Part shown: positions 9,381-19,230 of the stretch, piece after piece
How the letters are laid out: every line of letters starts with the position of its first letter
Position numbering within the stretch: the stretch's first letter is position 1
IMG/VR virus record: IMGVR_UViG_3300044716_000631
From: a virus
Taxonomy: Duplodnaviria; Heunggongvirae; Uroviricota; Caudoviricetes
Length of the DNA: 64,000 bases
Direction: 5' to 3' (one strand)
The notes under the pieces: model-generated
What the model was told of the DNA's origin: nothing
Databases searched by the model: none
Seen by the model: the letters and a program-made list of their open reading frames with translations, nothing else
Position numbers and translations under genes: made by a program

Positions 9381-10878
9381 CTGTTAAGTTACCGGTTCCA
9401 ATAATCTTTCTATTTCTCTTTTGTTTACGTACAATTGTTTTACCATCGCTTGTTCTAACAACTACACCTTCAACATCAGCAGAACGAACTTCTTCCATTG
9501 CATCAACTACATCTGGATGAAGTTCAAATGCTGGCTTCATTTTAATGCCGCATTCTTCTGCAGAAAGAGTTACACCAATACCTGCAGTCCAAGCCATATT
9601 GAATGTTTCATTGAGGCTAGAATTATCTTGGCCTGGAGTATCTTTCTTGTACTTCTTTGTTAGAGAGTCTGTACCAATTTCTCTCTTGTCAGCTGTATCT
9701 TCTGAGATGCCAGCATGCTTATGTGCTGAAGCCTTAAAGTCCATGCCAAAGTACTTGACCTTGCCATGCTTGTTCGAAGCTTTCCAGCCACGCTGTGTTG
9801 TGCTTCCTTTTTCAACAAATGGCTTTACATAAGGTGTATTATTTGATTCGTCGATGATCTTCTTTTGAATCTCTTGCTGGCGTCTCTTTACCTTTTGACT
9901 TGGTGGTGGACGATCAACAACTTCTTGACCGCACATGCCATTCTTTTCTAGAAGTGATTTGAAAGCATTGTCAAGTTCTTCATTAACATTCTTTTCTTCA
10001 CGAAGGTCTGCATCAAGAGTCCAAGCTCTGCCTTTGGCAATATAGCTATTGACTCGATTGAATGCAACCTGATCTCTTGACTGGCGATCGTCTTCTTCAT
10101 ATAGCGAAGCACCGCGCTCGAATACTTCTTTCAAAGTCGAGAACGGGATGCCAGTCTTTTCAGCTTTTTTGATAAGTGTTTCTGTAATAGAATCTGTGCC
10201 GACTGTAGAGTTTAGCATTCTACGAAGAGTAATGCTAATTGGATTGCTTTCTCTTTCAAACTTAGCAATCGCATTCTCAATGATGTCAACCAGTTCAAGT
10301 GTTGACTTATCGTTCAGATCATTAAACAGACCAGAAAATTCTTCTGCTGCTACTACAGTATGGAGACTCTTCATTTGAGCTCCACTATGGAAAGACTTAA
10401 GTCTTTCAAATTCTGCTTTTCTTAGCTTCGGTAGAAGTCTAGATGCAAGTCTCTTAATGAGATTTGTTTTCTTAGCAACTGCAGTATCTACCTGAATCTT
10501 CTCAGCGGTTGTCAGCTCTGCGTAAGGAATATCCTTGCGAGCCGAGAATCTTTTCTTGAGTAGTGAACGTGCTTTGGCTTCTGCTCTTGCTTGCAGTTTC
10601 TTTGGACCGGCAAGTTTTGCTTGAGAGACTTCTTTTGCTCTCTTCAGCTTTGGTTCTATACGCTTGAGTTGGCGAGCTCTTTGTTGGCGTTGAACAATTG
10701 TAAGAGCTTTACGTTCCTGAAGGGACGCGGTTAGGACGGCAAAGTCCTCGTTTGTACGGCGCTTGTCATCTAGCTGAGGATTGATTTCAATGCCGTCTAG
10801 TGGTTTACCAGTTGCAGACTTGCCTGTAGGCTTCTTGATATTCTTTTCTGGTACCGGTTTATTCTTCTTATCTTCCAT
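9355..10878 (-). CDS. hypothetical protein (507 aa), basic N-terminus
   Basis: Long ORF preceded at ~10939-10946 by a T4 late-promoter-like TATAAATA on minus strand. Confidence 0.5.
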   Translation of the reverse strand: MEDKKNKPVPEKNIKKPTGKSATGKPLDGIEINPQLDDKRRTNEDFAVLTASLQERKALTIVQRQQRARQLKRIEPKLKRAKEVSQAKLAGPKKLQARAEAKARSLLKKRFSARKDIPYAELTTAEKIQVDTAVAKKTNLIKRLASRLLPKLRKAEFERLKSFHSGAQMKSLHTVVAAEEFSGLFNDLNDKSTLELVDIIENAIAKFERESNPISITLRRMLNSTVGTDSITETLIKKAEKTGIPFSTLKEVFERGASLYEEDDRQSRDQVAFNRVNSYIAKGRAWTLDADLREEKNVNEELDNAFKSLLEKNGMCGQEVVDRPPPSQKVKRRQQEIQKKIIDESNNTPYVKPFVEKGSTTQRGWKASNKHGKVKYFGMDFKASAHKHAGISEDTADKREIGTDSLTKKYKKDTPGQDNSSLNETFNMAWTAGIGVTLSAEECGIKMKPAFELHPDVVDAMEEVRSADVEGVVVRTSDGKTIVRKQKRNRKIIGTGNLTDGKPDDTV

Positions 10879-10938
10879 CAGAGTTTCCCTTGGGCTTATC
10901 TGTAAACAAACGGGATTGCCGTAGCCTAACCGCCATGT

Positions 10939-10946
10939 TATTTATA
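10939..10946 (-). promoter_or_regulatory. candidate T4-type late promoter (TATAAATA)
   Basis: Exact TATAAATA on minus strand ~60 nt upstream of ATG of ORF 9355-10878; gp55 late sigma factor encoded in window. Confidence 0.4.
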
Positions 10947-10958
10947 AGAAAGAAACTC

Positions 10959-12302
10959 TTATCGTGAAATTTCTTCCCAGTCTACTGATGCATATATGTC
11001 TGCACCACCGGAGTTTGATGCAGCCACTAGCGATAGTTCAAAAGGCGCTCCGGTTAAACCATTTCTTTCTAATTGAAACTTGAAGAGAGCTTCTTTTAGA
11101 ATATCAACAGATGTTGATCCCTGGTTAGAGCCCGATGTATATCCAGATGCTAAAATTCTACCGCCATCATAAGTGCCACCATCAATCTTGTATTCAACCG
11201 CACTGTTTGTGCCAGCATCAACCCATGTTCCACCATTTGATGTGCCACTTGCTCTTACTTGCCAGTTATAATGAGCATTGTTTGTAATACCAAGAACTGA
11301 AAGAGCCGTGAGAATTACAATAGCATCTAATCGATTCGGAGATGCTTTTAACCGAATCGAAAGAACAGTGTAATAGGTACCAGCTACTGGTAGATCTACA
11401 GGTGCAGTAATAGGAACAGACGCGGCCTGTTGTAATCCACGTAGTTCATATCCACCTTCTGAAACAACAGATGAACACACCTGGCCCATCGTTGATGAAC
11501 TAGCAGTAGTTCCTGTATTCTTCATTTCATAGCGAAGTGGCAATGATGCAGTTGTAATATATGTTGATGCAATTTTATTAGCATGGTGGAACGAATGGCA
11601 ATGAACTAACTTACCATCAATAACAAACCCGCAACGAACTGTACCAAGACCAAGCCATTCAATATCCATCCAGAAGATTTGTGCTTTCGTCAGATCAAGT
11701 TCGATATTTGATGGGCATGGACCAAGACCCTGTCCCGGTACGTTAACAGACGAACCTTGAAGTGTATCGTTATTCCAATTGGCCTGTTCGACACGAGTTT
11801 CTACTAATTCACCAGTAACATACGAACGCTCTACAAGATATGCTGTAGTACCGTCAATCTCGAAATATATTCCGTTCTCTGCACCGAAGTAACCTACACG
11901 TTGACGTAGATTTGCTTTTGGTGTAGCAGGAACAAATGTATTGAGAACAAACAGCGATTTACCGGGTTGATAAGAACATGTTTTAGTAGTTTCTCGAATA
12001 ATCTCTGCATTTGCAGTAGTAGGCAATGTAAGATTTATGAGACCTTGATTAGTACTATGAGCAACTGTCGTGCCCGCGGTGTTTGATGTAGACCAAAGTC
12101 CGTTATCTCGGTAACGATGAGAAGAATCAAAAAGAGTCAATGGTGTTGATGTACGCATACGACCAAACGCGTCAACTGCTACACCCGAAGGATTTGCTGG
12201 ACCTACCAGATTGCCATAAGGATCCGCTAACATAACAGCTTCAAAGAGAGTTACGTTATGTGGTTGTTTCCATTCGTGTGAGTCGATACGCCATTGAGCC
12301 AT
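10959..12302 (-). CDS. hypothetical protein (447 aa), possibly structural
   Basis: Long ORF, Gly/Thr/Ser-rich; no recognisable T4 capsid motif. Confidence 0.45.
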   Translation of the reverse strand: MAQWRIDSHEWKQPHNVTLFEAVMLADPYGNLVGPANPSGVAVDAFGRMRTSTPLTLFDSSHRYRDNGLWSTSNTAGTTVAHSTNQGLINLTLPTTANAEIIRETTKTCSYQPGKSLFVLNTFVPATPKANLRQRVGYFGAENGIYFEIDGTTAYLVERSYVTGELVETRVEQANWNNDTLQGSSVNVPGQGLGPCPSNIELDLTKAQIFWMDIEWLGLGTVRCGFVIDGKLVHCHSFHHANKIASTYITTASLPLRYEMKNTGTTASSSTMGQVCSSVVSEGGYELRGLQQAASVPITAPVDLPVAGTYYTVLSIRLKASPNRLDAIVILTALSVLGITNNAHYNWQVRASGTSNGGTWVDAGTNSAVEYKIDGGTYDGGRILASGYTSGSNQGSTSVDILKEALFKFQLERNGLTGAPFELSLVAASNSGGADIYASVDWEEISR

Positions 12303-12913
12303 TAATTAATCCAGTTCTTAAATCTTGCAATGAATGACTCGTGGATACCCATACCCTTACGAACATCATGATACAATTCATCTTTATGCGCTTTGCTCAT
12401 GCCAGATGGAGCCATCTTGTGGAATGATTCTTTATCACCAGCAGTGGCATGTTTACGCATTGCAGTACCAGAAGCAGATTCGATTCCACCGCCACCTTCT
12501 TTGCGTTCACCGCCTACAGACTTGACTTTAATGCTCTTGAAATTGTAGTGTCCATGTCTCCCTTCAGTTCCATTGTACTTGTGTAACAAGTTATGAAACT
12601 CGTGGACACGATCTGAGCCAACATGCATAGTTACGTGTGAGTAACCAGCTTTGTGTAGCTTAGACATCTGATGAAGAAGTGTAGGATGGTCCTTTGTCAT
12701 AGCCTCGACATGAGAACCTTTGACAGCACGAGAAAGATGCTTTACCTTTTGCTCAGGAGTCAGCGGATTCTTCTTGGCATCATGAGATCCCGTAGTTAGA
12801 ATCTTATGATCCGCACCTTCCTTTTGAGCAGCACCCATTACATGTCTAACGACCATCTCGTGGCCAGCATGCACTGGATTGAATCTTCCTTGAGTGATAT
12901 GAATCGACTTCAT
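12302..12913 (-). CDS. class I nucleotidyltransferase (HxGH; NMN adenylyltransferase-like)
   Basis: GRFNPVHAGH HIGH-type motif near N-terminus and SASGTAMRKH (ISSTxxR-like) motif. Confidence 0.5.
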   Translation of the reverse strand: MKSIHITQGRFNPVHAGHEMVVRHVMGAAQKEGADHKILTTGSHDAKKNPLTPEQKVKHLSRAVKGSHVEAMTKDHPTLLHQMSKLHKAGYSHVTMHVGSDRVHEFHNLLHKYNGTEGRHGHYNFKSIKVKSVGGERKEGGGGIESASGTAMRKHATAGDKESFHKMAPSGMSKAHKDELYHDVRKGMGIHESFIARFKNWIN

Positions 12914-14079
12914 AGTGCTTTGTCCCTATTAAAGTTAGCAGCCGAGAACTCAGCACGATCTACGATCTTAGTAGGACGATTATGTCTTACTACAACAAAT
13001 CCTTCAGGCTTAGATTTCTTACCATTAATACTATGGTCGAACTCAGCGTGGCTCGAGAGTGTGTTAGCCAATACATCCTTGGCTTTTTGCAAATGGCTAT
13101 GCATCTGAAGAACACGCTCAAAATGACCACGATTACGTTGAATGTGAGCTACATCACTTTCCATAGCAGCCGTTTTCATAGCTTTAGCTTTATCTGTCTT
13201 AACAGAATCAACTTTTTTCTGATGAGACTTAGCAAGGTGAGCCATAAACTCGTTTACGTTTGGCTTGGTACCAGTACGAACTGTATGGTTGATATACGTC
13301 TTCAAAGGAATACGGTGGCTCTCAATAGCAGCATGAGTTTCTGGACCAGTCTTAGCATGAAGCTTAGCAGCGGCTGCCATATGCTTTACAAACCTAGTTT
13401 GATGCTGAGGCTTGTAATCAATACCAGACATGTCATGCTCAGTTGAAATCAGGTGAACGTCTTTATGAAGACCAAACTCATCAAGATTCGGAGCATACTC
13501 AGCTTTCATATCCTCGAGGTTCTTACCATTGTACTTGGTATGAACAGCCACGCCAATTTTAGATCTCGAAGCAGCTTTGCCATGAGGTGAATTCTTGTCA
13601 GCAGAATATGTAATGGTATTCGGAGTAAAGTGAATCTTGTTGCCAGACTCGTGCACATCATTTGGTGTATGCATGATATCACCTTGGAACACACCCTTCT
13701 TTGGAGTTACCTTTGGCAGGTGATCGAGAGCTGCTTTGAGCTTTTCAACAAGACCAGGCGCGTGACCATGATTACGCTGAATATCTTCATGCGTATAGTT
13801 GATCTTTGGATTCTTATTGAATGCAGACTTGGAAGCCACAAAGAACTTACCAGTTTCTGGATGGCGACCAAACACAACAGAAGGTGAACCATCATACTTC
13901 ATGGTTACCTTAGTGGCATTATCTTTACCAGTTAGTCTGTCATGCACATCTTTGAGATTGTGATAGGCATGCGAGAAACCCTCGCCACCAGCATTAATCA
14001 CATGATCTTCTGCGTGTTCGAGGTGCTTCAGCTTTTCTTCGCTGGCTTCTTCTGTAAGGAAATTTTTAAATGCTGTCAT
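12910..14079 (-). CDS. putative ATP-dependent polynucleotide (RNA) ligase-like protein
   Basis: KYDGS matches covalent nucleotidyltransferase motif I (KxDG), resembling T4 Rnl1 KEDGS; rest not recognisable. Confidence 0.35.
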   Translation of the reverse strand: MTAFKNFLTEEASEEKLKHLEHAEDHVINAGGEGFSHAYHNLKDVHDRLTGKDNATKVTMKYDGSPSVVFGRHPETGKFFVASKSAFNKNPKINYTHEDIQRNHGHAPGLVEKLKAALDHLPKVTPKKGVFQGDIMHTPNDVHESGNKIHFTPNTITYSADKNSPHGKAASRSKIGVAVHTKYNGKNLEDMKAEYAPNLDEFGLHKDVHLISTEHDMSGIDYKPQHQTRFVKHMAAAAKLHAKTGPETHAAIESHRIPLKTYINHTVRTGTKPNVNEFMAHLAKSHQKKVDSVKTDKAKAMKTAAMESDVAHIQRNRGHFERVLQMHSHLQKAKDVLANTLSSHAEFDHSINGKKSKPEGFVVVRHNRPTKIVDRAEFSAANFNRDKAL

Positions 14080-14681
14080 TTGATTGTCTTTATCGATCCA
14101 TCTGGTTTCACGAAATAAGCTTCGAATTTAACATTAGGGTATTCCTTTTGGAGTTCCAGGAATGCCTTCAGGTTACTCATCGCATCGTCGTATAAACGAG
14201 TTTTAGTGTAGTTTTGAGTATTTAGGTATTTGCGAAACACAACTTTCTTTGCTTCAGCAGGTGAATCCATTCCTAGATTACCTGAACGCTCAACGTGCAT
14301 TGAGTCGATTGGAAGACCATGATCGCGGAAAGTCTGAAGGAACATTTCCTTATCGTCAAAGTCAGCTCGAGCCGTTACAATAATTGCTCGGCTATGAACG
14401 TTCTTTTTGGCTTTGACAATGGCCTTGGCCTTGTTAATCATCCGAACGATCGGTGTAGAGGTCTTACGAAACACCTCAGCAGATGCAAACTCTCTGAAGT
14501 CGTATTCTTCACCGGCCTTACGTTTGTAGGTATTGAATTCCTGGTTGTCCAACATCCGAACAACTTTGCCATCCTTTACTACAGCAACTTTGGCTTTGGT
14601 ATGAAAGAGCGTCTCATCGATATCAAAGATCGTGAGAGTTCCGGAACCAATGAAGTTTTTAAATCTGTTTATCTTTTTCAT
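14076..14681 (-). CDS. HAD-family phosphatase (polynucleotide 3'-phosphatase-like)
   Basis: DIDETLF matches HAD motif I (DxDxT) as in T4 Pnk phosphatase domain. Confidence 0.5.
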   Translation of the reverse strand: MKKINRFKNFIGSGTLTIFDIDETLFHTKAKVAVVKDGKVVRMLDNQEFNTYKRKAGEEYDFREFASAEVFRKTSTPIVRMINKAKAIVKAKKNVHSRAIIVTARADFDDKEMFLQTFRDHGLPIDSMHVERSGNLGMDSPAEAKKVVFRKYLNTQNYTKTRLYDDAMSNLKAFLELQKEYPNVKFEAYFVKPDGSIKTIK

Positions 14682-14691
14682 ATTATCTTTA

Positions 14692-14716
14692 TATCTTGTT
14701 TTGAAAAAAATGTCAA
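14692..14716 (-). promoter_or_regulatory. sigma70-type early promoter (TTGACA-N17-TATAAA)
   Basis: Minus strand TTGACA at 14711-14716, 17-nt spacer, TATAAA; upstream of ORF 14076-14681. Confidence 0.45.
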
Positions 14717-14722
14717 CTTATT

Positions 14723-15457
14723 TTAGCGTAAAAATGGATTTTTTTTCGCAGTTCCTGGCTTGACCGAATATTTGCTATCAGGCATTTTGGTGATCTTAAT
14801 CTCAGCCTGAACTTCATAAAATTGCGAGCGAGTCGATACACGAACTTTAAAGTCACCTTCTCCAGATAAAACTGGAATGGCGGTGTTAAGCCCAAGCGGA
14901 TTACCTTTACCAATCATGTAAAAGTCGTCTCCAGCTTGCATGTAGTATGCTGGTTCTCTTTTGCCTTCTAAATAGTGGCGAGTTACAAGTGCACCTAGAT
15001 TCATACCAGGTTCATTAGCAATATAACGATTAATGTTTGACTGAGAGAAATAAGATTTCATAACGTGTAATGGAACGGCACCAGGTTCATTTAACCCACC
15101 TTTGCTGGTAGGAATCTTAATCACTTTCTCAGGAATACCAGAGTATTTAGAAATGTCTTTAATGAACTGCTTTGCTTTAGCTGATGAGTTCAAAATCTTA
15201 ACTGCTTCGGCAGCAGCTGGAGTTTTATATGTTGTTTGCCACTTACCATCACTATAAAATACACGAGGATTAGATAGATTGTCGGTGTGCGACATCTTGA
15301 CTTCTACCCAAACTTTATCAATACGTCTATTATTATAGGAAGTGATTTTAACATCAGATAAGTCAGTAGCACCAGGAGGACGCGTAGCTGTAACACCAGG
15401 AATACTATTGATATTGTCGGCTACGTCTTTTTCGTACTTGTCAGATGCTGCACTCAT
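14723..15457 (-). CDS. hypothetical protein (244 aa)
   Basis: ORF. Confidence 0.45.
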   Translation of the reverse strand: MSAASDKYEKDVADNINSIPGVTATRPPGATDLSDVKITSYNNRRIDKVWVEVKMSHTDNLSNPRVFYSDGKWQTTYKTPAAAEAVKILNSSAKAKQFIKDISKYSGIPEKVIKIPTSKGGLNEPGAVPLHVMKSYFSQSNINRYIANEPGMNLGALVTRHYLEGKREPAYYMQAGDDFYMIGKGNPLGLNTAIPVLSGEGDFKVRVSTRSQFYEVQAEIKITKMPDSKYSVKPGTAKKNPFLR

Positions 15458-15482
15458 AAAAACTCCTCAGTCTATTTATCAT

Positions 15483-15527
15483 ATAAAAAAAGGCCAGCCC
15501 TTGTGCAACGCAACAGAGGGGCTGGCC
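15483..15527 (-). terminator. rho-independent terminator
   Basis: GGCCAGCCC...GGGCTGGCC hairpin followed by T-run on minus strand, downstream of ORF 15549-16103. Confidence 0.55.
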
Positions 15528-15548
15528 ATATTAATCTTATTTATACTA

Positions 15549-16103
15549 TTAAGCGGCAATAAACCATTCTGGAGTTGGCCGCTTGGTCCATGCCATCTTG
15601 AATCGATCCTGTTTGGTCTGATAGAACTTACGATAAGATCCTACGATGTCATTGTAGTTAATACACTCAGGATTAGCCTTCATGGCTAGTGGTTGAGGAG
15701 TCTTGTAACCAACAGGAATGTTACGAGGCAATTGCTTGAGTACCTCACGTAGCAACGTATCAGTGGCATGAACCTTACCATAACGATACGTGTACTCATC
15801 ACAGAGAGCTACAAAATGGACATAATGCCAGTTGTAGTTGTTATTGCTCTCGGCCGTCCAGATGGTACAAGGGTGATGCATATGAACTGCACGATAGAGA
15901 ACATCCTCACGACTGTCAGGAAGAGTCCATGCCTTTGACATAGTCTTGCCAGACTTTGATGGCACACGAGTCTGTACGCCGTCAAGCATACGATGAACTG
16001 TCGAAAGCATTTGAGCTGACTCGACAATCATCTTGACAACGTGCTTATCGCACTGCAATTGAGCGGCTACAACTGGATCACTATCAAGAACAAATAAATT
16101 CAT
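15549..16103 (-). CDS. hypothetical protein (184 aa)
   Basis: ORF. Confidence 0.45.
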   Translation of the reverse strand: MNLFVLDSDPVVAAQLQCDKHVVKMIVESAQMLSTVHRMLDGVQTRVPSKSGKTMSKAWTLPDSREDVLYRAVHMHHPCTIWTAESNNNYNWHYVHFVALCDEYTYRYGKVHATDTLLREVLKQLPRNIPVGYKTPQPLAMKANPECINYNDIVGSYRKFYQTKQDRFKMAWTKRPTPEWFIAA

Positions 16104-16146
16104 AATAATACCTTAATACATCAAACACGAAATATTGTACACCGTT

Positions 16147-16413
16147 TTATATCTGAATTCCTGTGGTCTGCTTAATATACTGATTTGCTACCATCTGGCC
16201 AGTTTTCACGGCACCAACAATAGTCGTATCAGAGATCAATACGTTACTATCAGGTGCAGACACCAACCATGGCATCATACCGAATCCACCATTACCAGTC
16301 ATGGCAATTGACCGTGGCTTAATAAGCTCAGTCACTCCACCTTCTTGCTTCACTCGTGCAATGATTTCCTCACCCGAGATAAGCTTAATCGTATAAACTT
16401 CATTCTGTTCCAT
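16147..16413 (-). CDS. hypothetical protein (88 aa)
   Basis: ORF. Confidence 0.4.
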   Translation of the reverse strand: MEQNEVYTIKLISGEEIIARVKQEGGVTELIKPRSIAMTGNGGFGMMPWLVSAPDSNVLISDTTIVGAVKTGQMVANQYIKQTTGIQI

Positions 16414-16672
16414 TATCTTCTACCTTATGCACGTATTTAAATTTCTGTTCTTCTGGCCAAGCTTTAAGATAGTCATTGTCCTCGTCAAACAAGCGAAGAT
16501 ACTCTGCATCATCGATAACACGAGTAGAAGTGATTGTCTCGTCAAGATGTAACTGACTAAACTCTTCAGCCTCTTTGAAAATCACAGTATCTTTGGCATC
16601 ATCTGCGCTTTCACATTCAATGACATATCGCATGCGAAACATGTCGATTGTCTCTACAAGATACTTAGGCAC
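16400..16672 (-). CDS. hypothetical acidic protein (90 aa)
   Basis: ORF. Confidence 0.4.
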   Translation of the reverse strand: MPKYLVETIDMFRMRYVIECESADDAKDTVIFKEAEEFSQLHLDETITSTRVIDDAEYLRLFDEDNDYLKAWPEEQKFKYVHKVEDNGTE

Positions 16673-16886
16673 CTTTTACCTCGCGAAAAGTTGTTTTACC
16701 ATATTGAGTTGCATAATACCATTGGCCACCACAGACAGTGCACCAAATATCACCAGTAGTAGTATTACCATCTGGGTTGGTATTATTGCCGTGCTTGTCA
16801 TAGACTGGCGGATAGTATGCACATGTAGTCATACCAGCGCCGACACGAAACCTGCATTCATCTGCACAATTAGGATTCGGATTCAA
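16665..16886 (-). CDS. small Cys-rich protein
   Basis: CADEC...CAYYP...CTVCGG cysteine pattern. Confidence 0.35.
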   Translation of the reverse strand: MNPNPNCADECRFRVGAGMTTCAYYPPVYDKHGNNTNPDGNTTTGDIWCTVCGGQWYYATQYGKTTFREVKGA

Positions 16887-16898
16887 GGTCTATTCCTT

Positions 16899-17138
16899 TT
16901 ACTTGTCTAACTCATCAAACTCAACGCTGCCAGGAACAGTGTACCAGCTGATAACACGCTCAAACGATTTAATCATCTTGCGAATCTGCTTGCGATCCTC
17001 TTTAGGATCTAGTGAAAACACCTTTGCATTACCGCGCTCATAGTCTTTCAACAAAGCTGAACGCGACTCAAAGAGTTGCTCAACAATAATGTTATCAATA
17101 GTTTCCCAATCAAGTTCTACAGTAATCTTACTCATCAA
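16899..17138 (-). CDS. hypothetical protein (79 aa)
   Basis: ORF. Confidence 0.35.
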   Translation of the reverse strand: MMSKITVELDWETIDNIIVEQLFESRSALLKDYERGNAKVFSLDPKEDRKQIRKMIKSFERVISWYTVPGSVEFDELDK

Positions 17139-17535
17139 TATTCACCTTTCTATAACGATTAACAGTTCCATCAGCTTCTTCAACCATGATCTCATCAAGG
17201 TTCTTGTTCTCAGCAAAGATACGTGGTTCGTGATCAGCAACAACACGGTGTGCTTCACGTAGTTTACGCATTACAGCGTTAGCAATACCAAACTTATTAC
17301 GATTGGTATTCATTGCTTCCTCAACTGCTTCGGCACAAGCTCTATACAGTTCGTCAGGAAGTTCCCATGAGTGATCTACATACGAACCTGGAGTCAAGCC
17401 ACCAACACGGCGAAGATACTCTTGCCCACCATCAACAGAGATGGCACCACATGTACAAGTCACAAAATCATGACGATGTTTAGAGACAATGAAGTCTCCG
17501 CATCCATTACAACTTGCTGCGTTTTGAATAATCAT
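17128..17535 (-). CDS. zinc-finger-like Cys-rich protein
   Basis: CNGCGDF...HRHDFVTCTCG. Confidence 0.4.
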   Translation of the reverse strand: MIIQNAASCNGCGDFIVSKHRHDFVTCTCGAISVDGGQEYLRRVGGLTPGSYVDHSWELPDELYRACAEAVEEAMNTNRNKFGIANAVMRKLREAHRVVADHEPRIFAENKNLDEIMVEEADGTVNRYRKVNIDE

Positions 17536-17768
17536 GCTACTAACCTTTCGTGCACCTGGCGAATGTGCTTACACTTGCCATGGAAATTAAAACCCGTGCA
17601 ATTGCAAACCCAGCCACGCTCTGTCATTGTAGTATGGTAGGTCTTACCTTGCGAATTAGTGTATGGCCAAGAGAACCCAACAAGATGATGGTCATCAAAA
17701 TTGATGCCGGTCATTTTCAATGGTACCTTGAACGGGCTTACGCCATAAAGATTTAATGTTTCAATCAT
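17532..17768 (-). CDS. SWIM zinc-finger protein
   Basis: CNCTGFNFHGKCKH matches CxCxnCxH SWIM signature. Confidence 0.45.
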   Translation of the reverse strand: MIETLNLYGVSPFKVPLKMTGINFDDHHLVGFSWPYTNSQGKTYHTTMTERGWVCNCTGFNFHGKCKHIRQVHERLVA

Positions 17769-17769
17769 A

Positions 17770-17802
17770 ATTTAGTCTACCACCATTTGATAAAAATGTC
17801 AA
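17770..17802 (-). promoter_or_regulatory. sigma70-type early promoter (TTGACA-N17-TAGACT)
   Basis: aaaaatgtcaac motif; reverse complement gives TTGACA, 17 nt, TAGACT. Confidence 0.45.
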
Positions 17803-17944
17803 CTGAAAAATAGAGAAATTAAACAAAAAAATATGAATCCATATAAAACAAAGCTAAAAGCAACCTTGGCGACCTTGAGCCCTACCCAAAAGAAGAGACC
17901 CAAGATCGCCAAGAACGGCAACAGCAAGAACAGGAGTATGAAAC

Positions 17945-18397
17945 TCAACTGCGCCTCTTACCTGTTGCCGGGTCGGCCGCGTCAGACTTGGAAAGGACAA
18001 CAAGTCCGCCTTTGTTATAGGCTTGGCCGACGATAAACTTACTACTTACCTCGAGCTTTTCACGCTCGAAAGCTGAGTTCTTTCCGTAGTGTACACCAAT
18101 CTCGTTTTGAGAAGGATACTTTTTGCGGTGATCTGATACGTTGTAATCAGGCATCGGAGTACCGCGAAGTTTAGGCTTGTAGTTGCCTGCACGGTACTGT
18201 TTGTATTCTTCGAACGTTTTTGGCTTGACGCCGATACGCTTACAAAACTTACAGTCTTCGAGCCAAGCCAAACCAATCTTGGTATGCTTGGACGCAGACA
18301 TTTTAGACTTACGCTTACCAGTATGAGTGGTAGTGTAAGCAGGACCTAGAAGATGCATTGTCATAAGTAACCTCCAGATTTTGTTATACACTACCAC
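17945..18397 (-). CDS. hypothetical basic protein (150 aa)
   Basis: ORF with GGAGG RBS and upstream early promoter. Confidence 0.45.
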   Translation of the reverse strand: MVVYNKIWRLLMTMHLLGPAYTTTHTGKRKSKMSASKHTKIGLAWLEDCKFCKRIGVKPKTFEEYKQYRAGNYKPKLRGTPMPDYNVSDHRKKYPSQNEIGVHYGKNSAFEREKLEVSSKFIVGQAYNKGGLVVLSKSDAADPATGKRRS

Positions 18398-18411
18398 TCA
18401 ATTAATGTCAA
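18383..18411 (-). promoter_or_regulatory. sigma70-type early promoter (TTGACA-N17-TATAAC)
   Basis: TTGTTGACAT extended -35, 17-nt spacer, TATAAC, then GGAGG and ATG of ORF 17945-18397. Confidence 0.5.
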
Positions 18412-18414
18412 CAA

Positions 18415-19221
18415 TTATCTTACGTTGACAATACCCTTGAAGTCATAAGGTACCACAACCGTATTCACCTTGCCGTTTTTCACGCCTTCAGCGATGTCTT
18501 GTAGAGCCATAGCAGCCATGTACTCGGTAGCACCCTTGTTGGCGTTCAGAGCGGCAATACGCTCAGCTTCCAACTTAGCAGTACGAACCTCTACCAGCTT
18601 TTGCTTCTCAGCGTTCTGTGCCTGAACCAGTTGGTTAGCCGATGCTACGATGTTGGCAGCAGGCTTGATCTGACGTACAAGAACCTGCGAGACTACAATC
18701 GAACCGTCGAGCTTCTCTGAAGCAAGTTGCGCAACGATCTCTTGACGAACAAGCTGCTCGATCTCTGCACGGTTATCAGCCATCTTCAAGGACTCATACT
18801 TACGAGCAACCTTGTAGGCAGCATTACGACCGAGCTGACGAATGTAATTGTACATCAGCAGCGTGTCACCTTCTTCGGTCTCAGCATGGAAGCCACGGTT
18901 CTTCTCAATGTAAAGTTCTGCAACAGAACCAGGATTAATCGAGTAGATCACAGCCATATCAAAGTCTGCGACTGTTGAGTTATCCGAAGCCAACGGAGTC
19001 AGATCAACGACATCAACAGAGACGTCCTTGGTAGGAAACGTCATAACATCGCCAAACAGTGTCTGATTTACAGAACCGGGCATTAGCTCAGTGGTTTCAA
19101 TAGTCTTGTCGATTGCACGACGAACACCAACTTCACCAGTTTCGATTCGAGTACATGCAGCAGTCGTAGCCATCAGACCAGCGAGCACAGCAACCTTAGC
19201 ATAACGATTCATAATATTCAT
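18415..19221 (-). CDS. SPFH/band-7 (stomatin/HflK-like) lipoprotein
   Basis: Lipoprotein signal (LAGLMATTAAC), SPFH-like core, long Ala/Glu-rich coiled coil. Confidence 0.45.
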   Translation of the reverse strand: MNIMNRYAKVAVLAGLMATTAACTRIETGEVGVRRAIDKTIETTELMPGSVNQTLFGDVMTFPTKDVSVDVVDLTPLASDNSTVADFDMAVIYSINPGSVAELYIEKNRGFHAETEEGDTLLMYNYIRQLGRNAAYKVARKYESLKMADNRAEIEQLVRQEIVAQLASEKLDGSIVVSQVLVRQIKPAANIVASANQLVQAQNAEKQKLVEVRTAKLEAERIAALNANKGATEYMAAMALQDIAEGVKNGKVNTVVVPYDFKGIVNVR

Positions 19222-19230
19222 TCCTTTTAA

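Noticed and set aside
10959-12302. Assigning 10959-12302 or 5512-6357 as major capsid protein gp23
   Set aside because: No similarity to T4 gp23 signature regions. They are left as possible structural proteins of unknown role.
12910-14079. Calling ORF 12910-14079 a DNA ligase (gp30)
   Set aside because: Motif I reads KYDGS without the Arg of DNA-ligase KxDGxR, resembling T4 Rnl1 instead. Other ligase motifs could not be confirmed by eye, so only a generic ligase-like call is made.
15538-15546. TATAAATA on minus strand upstream of ORF 14723-15457 as a late promoter
   Set aside because: A strong terminator hairpin (15483-15527) lies between the motif and the gene, so a transcript starting there would terminate within ~15 nt. 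Probably fortuitous.
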